Source: Kiritimatiella glycovorans
GTDB lineage: Bacteria > Verrucomicrobiota > Kiritimatiellia > Kiritimatiellales > Kiritimatiellaceae
DNA length: 32,000 nt
Direction: 5' to 3'
Assembly (NCBI RefSeq): GCF_001017655.1
Contig: NZ_CP010904.1
Location: 1,770,001-1,802,000, forward strand
Each line of letters opens with the position of its first letter. Within the stretch, counting starts at the first letter, position 1. The notes beneath the pieces were generated by a model. It ran no database searches, was not told the origin of the DNA, and worked only from the letters and a program-made list of their open reading frames with translations. The position numbers and the translations under genes were made by a program. Positions 8,904-17,422 of this stretch are shown here, piece by piece.

Positions 8904-9377
8904 ATGTTCCGGTGGCTGCTGATCGACGGATACAACCTGATGCACGCCGATCCCGATTTCCGGGACCGGCGCGGCGGCACCTTTGAATCGCGGCGCACTC
9001 AGTTCGTCTCGCATGTGGCCAAGCTGGCGCCGCTGACCGCGCACCGGGCGACGCTGGTGTTCGACGGCCGGGCGGCGGCGCAGGAACCCGCGGTTCGCGA
9101 GACGCGCGGCCCGATGGACATCCTCTACTCGTCGGGCAGCCGGAGCGCGGACGGCGAGATCGAGCGGCTGGTGCACCAGGACCCCCGGCCGGAAGGCATC
9201 GTGGTCGTGACCGACGACCTCGCCGAGCAGGACAGCGTGCGGGCCGCCGGAGCCCATGTCCTCGGCTGTGCCGCCTGGCTCGAGGAATGCCGGCAGCGGG
9301 AACGGGACGCCGTCCGCCGCTGCCGGCGCCGTAAACCCTTCCGGTCCCCGCGGCTCGGCGATCTGTTTCCCGAATGA
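8904..9377 (+). CDS. YacP-like NYN/PIN-type RNase domain protein
   Basis: The N-terminus MFRWLLIDGYNLMH and later VVFDG-like and VVTDD acidic motifs are typical of the NYN_YacP family. Confidence 0.7.
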   Translation: MFRWLLIDGYNLMHADPDFRDRRGGTFESRRTQFVSHVAKLAPLTAHRATLVFDGRAAAQEPAVRETRGPMDILYSSGSRSADGEIERLVHQDPRPEGIVVVTDDLAEQDSVRAAGAHVLGCAAWLEECRQRERDAVRRCRRRKPFRSPRLGDLFPE

Positions 9378-9401
9378 ACCGCCGGGCGGATCGGCCTGCG
9401 C

Positions 9402-10757
9402 TCACATCGTGGAAAAGATCTGAAATCCACCGTAGGCATCCATCGCGTGCTCTCCGATGTCGAGCCCCTTGAGTTCCTCTTCAAGACTCACCCGGATGCC
9501 GACGGTCTTTTTCAGGCCGTAGAAGATCAGCCACGCCATCGGGAAACAGACCACAGCATAACTGATCACGCCGAGAAACTGCGTACCGAACGAGATCGTG
9601 TAGCCGAGTTCGGTCCCCATGGCCGTGGTCGTATGGCCGTGGGCGAAGGCCCCCGCAAACAGCGTGCCCAGCACCCCGCAGACGAGGTGCACCGTGGTGG
9701 CGCCGACGGGATCGTCGAGGTGCAGATGGTCGATCCCGATCACCGAAAGCACGGCCACCACGCCGCAGGCGAGACCGATCAGGATGGCCGGCAGCACACC
9801 GACCACGTCGGCGCCGGCGGTAATGCCCACCAGCCCCGCCAGGCAGCCATTGAGCACCATCGAGACATCGGGCTTGTGCTGAACGGTCCAGGAGCAGCCG
9901 ATTGCGCCCGCAATCCCCGCGGCGGCGGCGAGCGATGTCGTAACCAGCACGTAGGACACTTCACCCGGATTCCCCGAAAGGACGGACCCGCCGTTAAATC
10001 CGAACCAGCCGAGCCAGAGGAGAAAGACGCCGATCGTCAGCAGCGGCATGTTGTGCCCCATGATCGGCTTCACCTGGCCGTTGACGTATTTTCCGGCCCG
10101 GGGACCGAGCAGCATGATGCCGGCGAGCGCGGCCCAGCCGCCGACACTGTGTACGAGAGTCGACCCCGCGAAATCGTGGAACCCGCGCTCCGCGAGCCAG
10201 CCCCCGCCCCACTTCCAGGAACCGACGGCCGGGTACACGAACATCACGTACAGAATGCTGAATATCATGAACGGCCCGAGCCTGATCCGTTCCGCCACCG
10301 CACCCGAAACGATCGTCGCCGCCGTCGCCGCGAACATCCCCTGAAAAAGAAAATCGGTCCAGTAGGTGTACCCGCCCCCCGCGTACTCTACGCCAAGACC
10401 GTTGGCGGGCATCACCAGTCCCAGCCCGCTGCACCCCAGCACCCCGTTCCAGAACCACGATTCGCCCGGATACATGAGATTGAATCCGATCACCGTGTAG
10501 GTGAGCAGCCCGATCGAGATGATCGCCGTGTTCTTGAAGAGGATGTTGACCGTGTTCTTCGCCCGCGTCAGCCCGCTCTCCACGCTCGCGAACCCGAGGT
10601 GCATCATGAACACCAGAAACGTCGATACCATCATCCATACATTGTTCGCCGTGAAGAGCGCCGCGTCCGCCGCGTCACCACCCTCCCCGGCGTGAGCCGC
10701 CGCCGCAAACGCCGTCACCAGCGCCCCGAGCCCCAGCACCCGCCTGTTCATACGCAT
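9402..10757 (-). CDS. amtB: Ammonium transporter
   Basis: Signal peptide plus about 11 TM segments, with Amt signatures FASVESG, DFAGSTLVHSVGGWAAL and VHLVCGVLGTL. Confidence 0.9.
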   Translation of the reverse strand: MRMNRRVLGLGALVTAFAAAAHAGEGGDAADAALFTANNVWMMVSTFLVFMMHLGFASVESGLTRAKNTVNILFKNTAIISIGLLTYTVIGFNLMYPGESWFWNGVLGCSGLGLVMPANGLGVEYAGGGYTYWTDFLFQGMFAATAATIVSGAVAERIRLGPFMIFSILYVMFVYPAVGSWKWGGGWLAERGFHDFAGSTLVHSVGGWAALAGIMLLGPRAGKYVNGQVKPIMGHNMPLLTIGVFLLWLGWFGFNGGSVLSGNPGEVSYVLVTTSLAAAAGIAGAIGCSWTVQHKPDVSMVLNGCLAGLVGITAGADVVGVLPAILIGLACGVVAVLSVIGIDHLHLDDPVGATTVHLVCGVLGTLFAGAFAHGHTTTAMGTELGYTISFGTQFLGVISYAVVCFPMAWLIFYGLKKTVGIRVSLEEELKGLDIGEHAMDAYGGFQIFSTM

Positions 10758-10813
10758 GTCTCCCTCCCTCTTTCCGTAAGAGTTCCGCCTTATCCGTTCG
10801 ACGGAATCCTCTT

Positions 10814-10830
10814 ATGCACGGATCGTGCCA
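10814..10830 (-). promoter_or_regulatory. Sigma54-type (-24/-12) promoter upstream of amtB
   Basis: The minus strand reads TGGCAC-GATCC-GTGCAT, with GG and GC at canonical spacing, about 57 nt upstream of the amtB ATG. Confidence 0.6.
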
Positions 10831-10978
10831 GCGGGGAGAGAGCAGGCGCTGAACCGCATGCTTGCCGTTGACCCGCAACGCCTTACGATAATTTTATCGC
10901 AGCGGAGCATGAACGCGAGGCGCATACATTTATGTTCTAGTCCGGGCCGCGCATGAACAGAGATGTAAGAAATCCGGC

Positions 10979-11314
10979 CTACATGACCAGCGCATTCACC
11001 TTGGCCGCGCAGATGAAGTCGTTCTCGGACATTCCGCCGATGGAATGGGTCGAGAACCGCGCGGTGCATTTCTTGTAGCTCACCTGCAGGTCGGGGTGAT
11101 GGTCTTCGCGGTTGGCGATCCAGGCCACGGCATTGACGAACGCGATGGTGCGATAGAAGTTCTTGAACTCGAAGGTCTTTTCGATCGCGCCGTCCCTGTA
11201 TTCCCAGCCTTCGACGCTCTTGAGCATCTCCCGGATCTGTTCCTCGGTCATCGGCTCGACGCCGCCTTCGCAGGCCCGGCATTTTTTCTGTGTGAGATCA
11301 CAGGCTTCACTCAT
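10979..11314 (-). CDS. phhB: 4a-hydroxytetrahydrobiopterin (pterin-4-alpha-carbinolamine) dehydratase
   Basis: CRACEGG...L..W......I.KTFEFKNFYRTIAFVNAVAWIANREDHHPDL is the classic PCD signature. The 111-aa size fits. Confidence 0.85.
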   Translation of the reverse strand: MSEACDLTQKKCRACEGGVEPMTEEQIREMLKSVEGWEYRDGAIEKTFEFKNFYRTIAFVNAVAWIANREDHHPDLQVSYKKCTARFSTHSIGGMSENDFICAAKVNALVM

Positions 11315-11915
11315 GGGTACCTCCTTTTGCTCTCAGTATAGTGGAACTGACGTCTTCACGAAACCCCCGCTCCGGGAGGCCGTCGAAGAGGAAGCCCCAT
11401 CCGTCCGGGATCCGGAGGTCCTCCGCGGTGTGAAACCGGTCCCGGAAGAGGCGTCCGGCGACCAGGAAACGTCCGCCGCGGCGGGCGATATCGCGCAGGA
11501 CGCCGCAGACGTCCATCCCCGGCGGGGCGTAGCGCCTGTCGAGAAGACGCGCGGCGGTGTCGAACCCGATCAGAAACATGTTTCCGGGGCAGGCGCGCGC
11601 CTTTTCGACAAAGGTCGGCGCACGGGTCAGCACGACGGGGGCCTGACCGCGCATGTCTTCGAGGCGGCGGCGAACCTCTTCGTCGCCGATCGGCGGTTTA
11701 TCGACATTGACGACCGAGAGTTCGAACCGGCCGGGGCGCCGGGTCCGCTCCTCCGCGGCCGCGAGCATCTTCAGGTGGCCTGCATGGACGGGATTGAATG
11801 AGCCGGGGAGCAGCACCTCGCCCTGCGGCGGGTCGTGGCCCTCGACCGCCCCGTCGCGCGCGAGGCGCAGGAGGCCGGCCTCACCGCGAAGGAACCTGTC
11901 CGCGCCGTGCTTCAT
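11307..11915 (-). CDS. NadD/NMNAT-like nucleotidyltransferase
   Basis: GSFNPVHAGH (HxGH motif) and C-terminal SSTILR (ISSTxxR-like). The start ATG overlaps the upstream stop (ATGA at 11912-11915). The rest of the 480-aa track ORF upstream is out-of-frame shadow. Confidence 0.65.
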   Translation of the reverse strand: MKHGADRFLRGEAGLLRLARDGAVEGHDPPQGEVLLPGSFNPVHAGHLKMLAAAEERTRRPGRFELSVVNVDKPPIGDEEVRRRLEDMRGQAPVVLTRAPTFVEKARACPGNMFLIGFDTAARLLDRRYAPPGMDVCGVLRDIARRGGRFLVAGRLFRDRFHTAEDLRIPDGWGFLFDGLPERGFREDVSSTILRAKGGTHE

Positions 11916-12391
11916 ACCCGCCCGATAAACTCCTGCCACCGGCGCAGGATGACCTCTTCCAGTTCGCGTTCCTGGGCGGCGCGGGTTGCGGATTCGAACC
12001 GGACTTCGACATGGGCTTCGCCGCGGCATCCCTTCGCCGCCAGGTGCGCGCGGTCCTCGCCGCGCCGTTCGCGTAGCGTATGCAGCGCGGCGGTGCAGCT
12101 CAATCCCAGCGGCCTGCGCTCTTCGGCGTACGACCGCGCCCGCTCGTACGCCGCCCGCGCCATCGCGCGCGCCGCCTCCTCCCCCGCGATCTGCGGCGGG
12201 AGGCTGCCGATCCAGTGTTCCAGCGCGGCGGTGCAGTACGGGATGCCGACCTCCGCCACGAAGCGGGACGCGCCGGGGCGGCTCATGAGCGCTTCGATCG
12301 CGCGGGTTCCTCCGCCGGAGACGAGGATCACCGCCGTCCGCCCCGACGTATGGATCTGCTCGACGAGCGGGTTGCGTTCCGCGGCCTTCAC
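11912..12391 (-). CDS. CinA/PncC-like (NMN deamidase-type) domain protein
   Basis: VSGGGTRAIEALMSRPGASRFVAEVGIPYCTAAL resembles the CinA C-terminal domain pattern (ESCTGG...PGSS...G.V.Y). GTG start overlaps the glgC stop (GTGA). Confidence 0.5.
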   Translation of the reverse strand: MKAAERNPLVEQIHTSGRTAVILVSGGGTRAIEALMSRPGASRFVAEVGIPYCTAALEHWIGSLPPQIAGEEAARAMARAAYERARSYAEERRPLGLSCTAALHTLRERRGEDRAHLAAKGCRGEAHVEVRFESATRAAQERELEEVILRRWQEFIGRV

Positions 12392-13632
12392 AGCACGGTA
12401 CCCTCCGGGATGATCGTATCGCGCGGGATGACGATGATCCCGTCGCGCACCCAGCAGAGATCTTCGCGCACCTCGTCCTTCCCTTCCGGCGAGATGACCA
12501 CGTTGTCGCCGATGCGCACGTTCTTATCGATGATCGCGCGTTCGATCCGGCAGTTGCGGCCGATGCCCACTGCCGGCGCGTCCGGGGGGGTGCCCCGCTC
12601 GTGCCCGTAGTAGTCCGCACCGAGCAGAATCGAATCCGAGATGCGCGTACCTTCCCGCACCACGGCACGCAGGCCGACCACCGAATGCTCGATCGAATCG
12701 GCGTCGATGATGCTCCCCTCCGCGAGCAGACAGCGCGCGACGGCCGCATGATTGATCTTGGTGGGCGGGAGAAATCGCATACGGGTATAGATGGGGGCGT
12801 TCATATCGTAGAGCGTGAACGACGGGAAATCCTCGGTCAGCGCGAGCGAGGCCTCCCAGTAGGCACGGATCGTACCGATATCCTTCCAGTAGTCCTCGAA
12901 GACATAGCTGTACACCCGACGGTTGCGGATGGCCTTCGGGATAATCTGCTTGCCGAAATCGTCACCCCGCGAATCGCTCAGCAGATCGCAGAGCGCATCC
13001 ACGTTGAAGACGTAGATCCCCATGCTCGCGAGGTAGCGCTCCTCCTCATACATCGGCGCGCGAAGCTGCGTCAGGGAATCGCCGTCGCCGGGCTTCTCGA
13101 AGAATTCGACGATGCGCTGCGACCGGTCGACCTGCATGATGCCGAGCGAGCCGGCCTCGGACCGCTCGACCGGCTTGGTGCTGACGGTCACGTCGGCCCC
13201 GGTCTCCAGATGGGTGTGTATGATATCGCGCAGATCCATACGGTAGAGGTGGTCGCCGGAGAGGATGACGACGAGATCCGGTTCGGCGCGCATGAAGTGG
13301 TGAATCGACTGGCGCACGGCGTCGGCGGTGCCCTGGAACCAGCCGTTGGAGCGCATGGTCTGTTCGGCGGCCAGCAGCCGCACGAAGCCGCGCGAAAACT
13401 GGTCGAAGTTGTACGTCGCCTGCACATGCCGGTGGAGCGAGGCGCTGCTGTACTGGGTGAGCAGGTAGATCTCGCGGATGCCGCTGTTGATACAGTTGCT
13501 GAGCGGCAGGTCGACGAGCCGGAACTTGCCCGCGATGGGCACCGCCGGCTTGGCGCGCTCCAGGGTCAGCGGCTGCATCCGGCTGCCTTCGCCGCCCCCG
13601 AGGATCACTCCGATCGTACGCGCGCCATCCAT
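12388..13632 (-). CDS. glgC: Glucose-1-phosphate adenylyltransferase
   Basis: [54 protein letters not shown] and a C-terminal left-handed beta-helix region. Confidence 0.9.
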   Translation of the reverse strand: MDGARTIGVILGGGEGSRMQPLTLERAKPAVPIAGKFRLVDLPLSNCINSGIREIYLLTQYSSASLHRHVQATYNFDQFSRGFVRLLAAEQTMRSNGWFQGTADAVRQSIHHFMRAEPDLVVILSGDHLYRMDLRDIIHTHLETGADVTVSTKPVERSEAGSLGIMQVDRSQRIVEFFEKPGDGDSLTQLRAPMYEEERYLASMGIYVFNVDALCDLLSDSRGDDFGKQIIPKAIRNRRVYSYVFEDYWKDIGTIRAYWEASLALTEDFPSFTLYDMNAPIYTRMRFLPPTKINHAAVARCLLAEGSIIDADSIEHSVVGLRAVVREGTRISDSILLGADYYGHERGTPPDAPAVGIGRNCRIERAIIDKNVRIGDNVVISPEGKDEVREDLCWVRDGIIVIPRDTIIPEGTVL

Positions 13633-13684
13633 AACGGCATTATAACGGCCCGTTCCGCGAAATCAATGCCCGCGGTCACCGCGG

Positions 13685-13817
13685 CAGCCGTTCTCATTAT
13701 GGCCGCATTCCGACCGCGGACGGCGTGGCAGCCGTCCCTCCCGAGTCGATATCCGACGCCTTTTCGGGCATTGGGAGGGTCGGGTGCCACCCCGACCGAA
13801 AGCGCCATCACCATCGC
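13685..13817 (+). mobile_element. MITE-like element, copy 2 (degenerate right end)
   Basis: Matches copies 1 and 3 from the left TIR through ...CCCCGACCGAAA with 2 substitutions. The right TIR is replaced or eroded (GCGCCATCACCATCGCC). No target duplication is recognisable. Confidence 0.7.
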
Positions 13818-13984
13818 CCACACAGAAAAACCGCCCGCAGACCGTATCAGGCCCCGCCGCACTGCTCGCATAATACACCCCCCGTTGAGTTCATGCAGGG
13901 AACCATAAGGATCGGGATTTTGTTCGAAAAGTTTTTACTTCCAAACTCTCGTGACCGCGGCAACCTCCGTGATTCATCCGCCGT

Positions 13985-16000
13985 TCAGTCACCGAGACCG
14001 ATACGCTCGACGTCGACGGGGCAGTCGGGCAGCGAGCGCAGGAAGAGTTTGCCGTAGTTTTTGGCGATCACGCGCCGGTCGAGCACGACGATGGTACCCT
14101 CGTCCGTGCCGGTGCGGATGAGGCGTCCGACGCCCTGCCGGAACTTGAGTACGGCCTCGGGCAGCGAGTAGTCGCGGAACGGCGAACCGCCCTGCTCGCG
14201 GATGCGGTCGAACCGCGCCTGCAAAAGCGGCCGGTCCGGCACGGCAAACGGCAGACGGGTGATGATGACGTTGCTCAGCGACGCGCCGCGGACGTCGACG
14301 CCCATCCAGTAGCGGTCGACGCCGAGCAGCACGCCGGCGCCGTGTTCGCGGAACCGGTTCAGCATCACGCGGTCGGTCCACTCCCCGCCCTGGATGAACA
14401 GCCCGTAGCCGCGCTCGTCGCAGAATTCCCGCAGCTGTTCCCCCACCCGCCGCATCATCGACGCGTTGGTGAACAGGACGAACGCGCGGCCGCCCCCGGT
14501 CTCGATGTAGTGCTTCACGGCGCCGGTCAGGCGCTCCTCGTACGCGTCGTCCGCCGGCAGGGGCATGTCGTCGGGAATGCGGATCCGCATCTGGCGCGCG
14601 AAGTCGAACGGCGAACCCACGGCCAGCCCGCGCGCGGACTGCGCACCGACGCGCGACTGGAAGTAGTCCAGCTTCCCGCCCACGGCCAGCGTCGCGCTGG
14701 TCATTACCACGCAGCCATGGGTGTCAAAGAGCATCTCGCTCAGTGCGCCGGAGACCTCCACGGGCGCCGAGTGGAGCACCGTGCTGCGTCGGCGTCCCTC
14801 CAGCGCGGTCCAGTATACGTGGTCCTCGAGGCTCTGATCGCCAAACGCGGCGAGTTCTTCCTCCAGCGCCGCCCCCTGCATCCGCGCCCAGGTGAATTCC
14901 GCGCGCAGGTCCTCGTTGTCCTTTGCCCCTTTCTCCGTCTCGGTGATGCGCGAGAGGAGCGCGGGCAGCGAGTCGTGGATCGGGCACGGGAGGTTGAGCG
15001 GTTCCTGCAGGCGGCATTCCGACTGGTTCGGGCCGAGGGCGCAGGCGCGCCTGACCGATTCGTAGTAGGCGTCGACCGCCTCGCCGACGCGCACCACGGC
15101 CTGCTGGCCGTCGTAGTCCTTCTGCGCGGCGAGCAGGCCCTTCTGCTGTTCGGGGCGGTAGAGGCGGTTGAGCCAGTAGCGCCAGGCCTGCTCGGAGAGG
15201 CGCAGACCGAGGTGGTCGGAGGCGACGGACTCGACCTGGTGGGCCTCGTCGAAGACGACGGCGGCGCAGTCGGGCAGGAGCGAGGAGCCGCGGGCGCGGA
15301 TGGCGAGGTCGGAGAAGAAGAGGTGGTGATTGAGGATCAGCAGGTGCGCGCGGTGCGCCCGCTGGCGCGCGCGCTGGAGAAAGCAGCGGCCCTCATATTC
15401 GCACTGGCGTCCGAGGCAGTTGCCGTGCTCGGCGCAGACCGCGCTCCAGACGTCGCCCGGAGGCTGCTCGTCGAGATCCTGCAGGCTGCCCTCGTCGGAC
15501 TGCTGCGCCCACTCGCGGATGCGTTCCAGCTCCGCGGCGCGCGACGGGCGGAAGAGATCGCCGCCCATCCCCGCCGCGAGACGAAGCCGCCGGAGGCAGA
15601 GGTAGTTGGTGCGGCCCTTGAGGACCTCCGCGCGGAAATCGCGGCCCAGGTAGCGGCGCACGAGCGGGATGTCCTTGTGCATAAGCTGCTCCTGCAGCGC
15701 GATCGTATAGCTGGCGATCGCGGTGCGCGTGTCGTGTTCGATCGACGCGAGCACGGCGGGTACGAGGTAGGCGAACGACTTGCCCACGCCGGTGCCGGCC
15801 TCGACCACGAGGTGATGCCCCCCGGTGAACGCTTCGGCGACCGCGCAGGCCATTTCCTCCTGCTGGGGGCGGTGTTCGTAGGCCAGCTCGGAGTCGAGGC
15901 CCTGCTGCTCAAGCCGTCCGCCCGGACGGAAAAAGGCCTCCGTCTCCAGGCGCGCGGAAAGCGGGTGTTCAGGGGTGTCGGGATTTCGCGGTGCGATCAT
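13985..16000 (-). CDS. dinG: DinG/Rad3-family ATP-dependent DNA helicase
   Basis: Walker A VEAGTGVGKSFAYLVP, DEAH box VVFDEAHQ, a Cys cluster CAEHGNCLGRQCEYEGRC (Fe-S type), and C-terminal helicase motifs GVDVRG and QGVGRLIR. Start set at ATG 16000. Confidence 0.85.
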   Translation of the reverse strand: MIAPRNPDTPEHPLSARLETEAFFRPGGRLEQQGLDSELAYEHRPQQEEMACAVAEAFTGGHHLVVEAGTGVGKSFAYLVPAVLASIEHDTRTAIASYTIALQEQLMHKDIPLVRRYLGRDFRAEVLKGRTNYLCLRRLRLAAGMGGDLFRPSRAAELERIREWAQQSDEGSLQDLDEQPPGDVWSAVCAEHGNCLGRQCEYEGRCFLQRARQRAHRAHLLILNHHLFFSDLAIRARGSSLLPDCAAVVFDEAHQVESVASDHLGLRLSEQAWRYWLNRLYRPEQQKGLLAAQKDYDGQQAVVRVGEAVDAYYESVRRACALGPNQSECRLQEPLNLPCPIHDSLPALLSRITETEKGAKDNEDLRAEFTWARMQGAALEEELAAFGDQSLEDHVYWTALEGRRRSTVLHSAPVEVSGALSEMLFDTHGCVVMTSATLAVGGKLDYFQSRVGAQSARGLAVGSPFDFARQMRIRIPDDMPLPADDAYEERLTGAVKHYIETGGGRAFVLFTNASMMRRVGEQLREFCDERGYGLFIQGGEWTDRVMLNRFREHGAGVLLGVDRYWMGVDVRGASLSNVIITRLPFAVPDRPLLQARFDRIREQGGSPFRDYSLPEAVLKFRQGVGRLIRTGTDEGTIVVLDRRVIAKNYGKLFLRSLPDCPVDVERIGLGD

Positions 16001-16189
16001 CCCGCCCAGCTTACGGCGCGGAAGGGGCGGGAGCAAATGGAAAGAGAGAAGAAGCGAAATCGGTCCCCTCCACGAAGTGGGGACGGCCATGAAGGTTGAT
16101 CCGACAGGGGGGGACAACCACGGCTGCGCCCTCAGAATCGGGATCGAAATCGGGTTTCACCGCAGCGAACACAGAGTCAGGGGCCGGGC

Positions 16190-17335
16190 CTACCGGCTGA
16201 TCCGCCGCGACCACACGGTGTTCCACGCATGCTCGGCGCGCAGGAGGACGTCGCCCAGCACGTCGCGAGACGAGCCTCCCGCCCGCTCATCCGCCCCGCT
16301 CCGGAATCGGATCCGCGTCCGGTCGTCAAACCGCAGAAGCAGGGAGCCGAGCACGTCGCCACGGGCGGGACGCACGGCACTGCGAGCGACCGGGGCGCTC
16401 GCCCGTTCCGGCGCGCGGTACGGAAGACCGCATTCCCCGGCGGGCAGCCGCCTCCCGCGCCGTCTGCGCACGATTACCCCCGCCGCCAGCGCGGCGAGCG
16501 TCAGCACGCCGGTGGCGGGCTCGGGAATCGCAAAAACCCCGTAGGTGGAGGCATGATCGATATTCGCCCAGACGAGATTGTGTTCGGTATCCACGCCGTA
16601 GTCCCCGGTCACATCGGTCGGCGCTCCGAGCACCAGTTGCCCTCCGGGCGATACGTTGCTGTCCGGCCCGGCCTTCACCCAGGTGCTGTTGTCCTCGTCA
16701 TACCAGTAGAGCCGGAGATCGTCTTCGGAAAGCCCGGCCTCCGCGACATCGGCCTCTTCATACGGCAGCCTCAATGTCGCGTTATTGGTAAGGAGCGAAA
16801 AATTCTCCAGCGCGATGGTCTGTCCAAGGCTGATGGCTCCGGAAGGAAGTCCGGCGACACCGAACTCGAGTTCGCTGTATCCCTCCGCGTTGAAGGTGCC
16901 GTCCGCGAGCGCGCCCTCGAGGATCGCCCCGGGCTTGAGCAGGAATCCCTTCTGGTCCGAGGTGGCGTTCTCCCTCGCCTGGCCGACGATCGCCCCGCGG
17001 TCGTTGATGTCGTAAGCCACTTCGAGCGTCAACCCCGCGTTTGTGGCGGCGGGGGCCAGCGAGTTCAGGTCGATCATCCCCGTCAATCCGCTGTACACGT
17101 AGGCGCGCGAGGACCCGTCGGCGGTATTGGCGGTGCCGACGACCACGTTCGCCTCATTGATGCCGAAGGCGTCGCTCTCCGCGCCGCCGAGCGTGCCCAG
17201 ATCGGTCAGCGTGCCGCTCTGCCAGATGAAGGCGTGGCCCTGATCCTCCGCCACGGTGGAATCGCCGACCACCACCCCGCTGCTGTTGATATCGCGCCGC
17301 GTGGTCAGCGCATGGACCACCTCTTCGCCGGGAAG
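16190..17335 (-). pseudogene. HAF-repeat PEP-CTERM protein, 5'-truncated by the IS256-family element
   Basis: HAF-family repeats (GHAFIWQSGTLTDLGTLGG, AFGINEANVVVG, YDINDRGAIVG) and PEP-CTERM signature IPEPATGVLTLAALAAGVIVRRRRGRR, followed by an 84-aa tail. No signal peptide. The upstream part of the track ORF runs antisense through the IS. Confidence 0.7.
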
Positions 17336-17422
17336 TGTCCCGTTGACTGTTGAAACTTGAAGGCGGTCTCCTGAGCGTCCATGTTGGACGCTCGGGGCAA
17401 ACCAACCCGAAAGGAGACCGCC

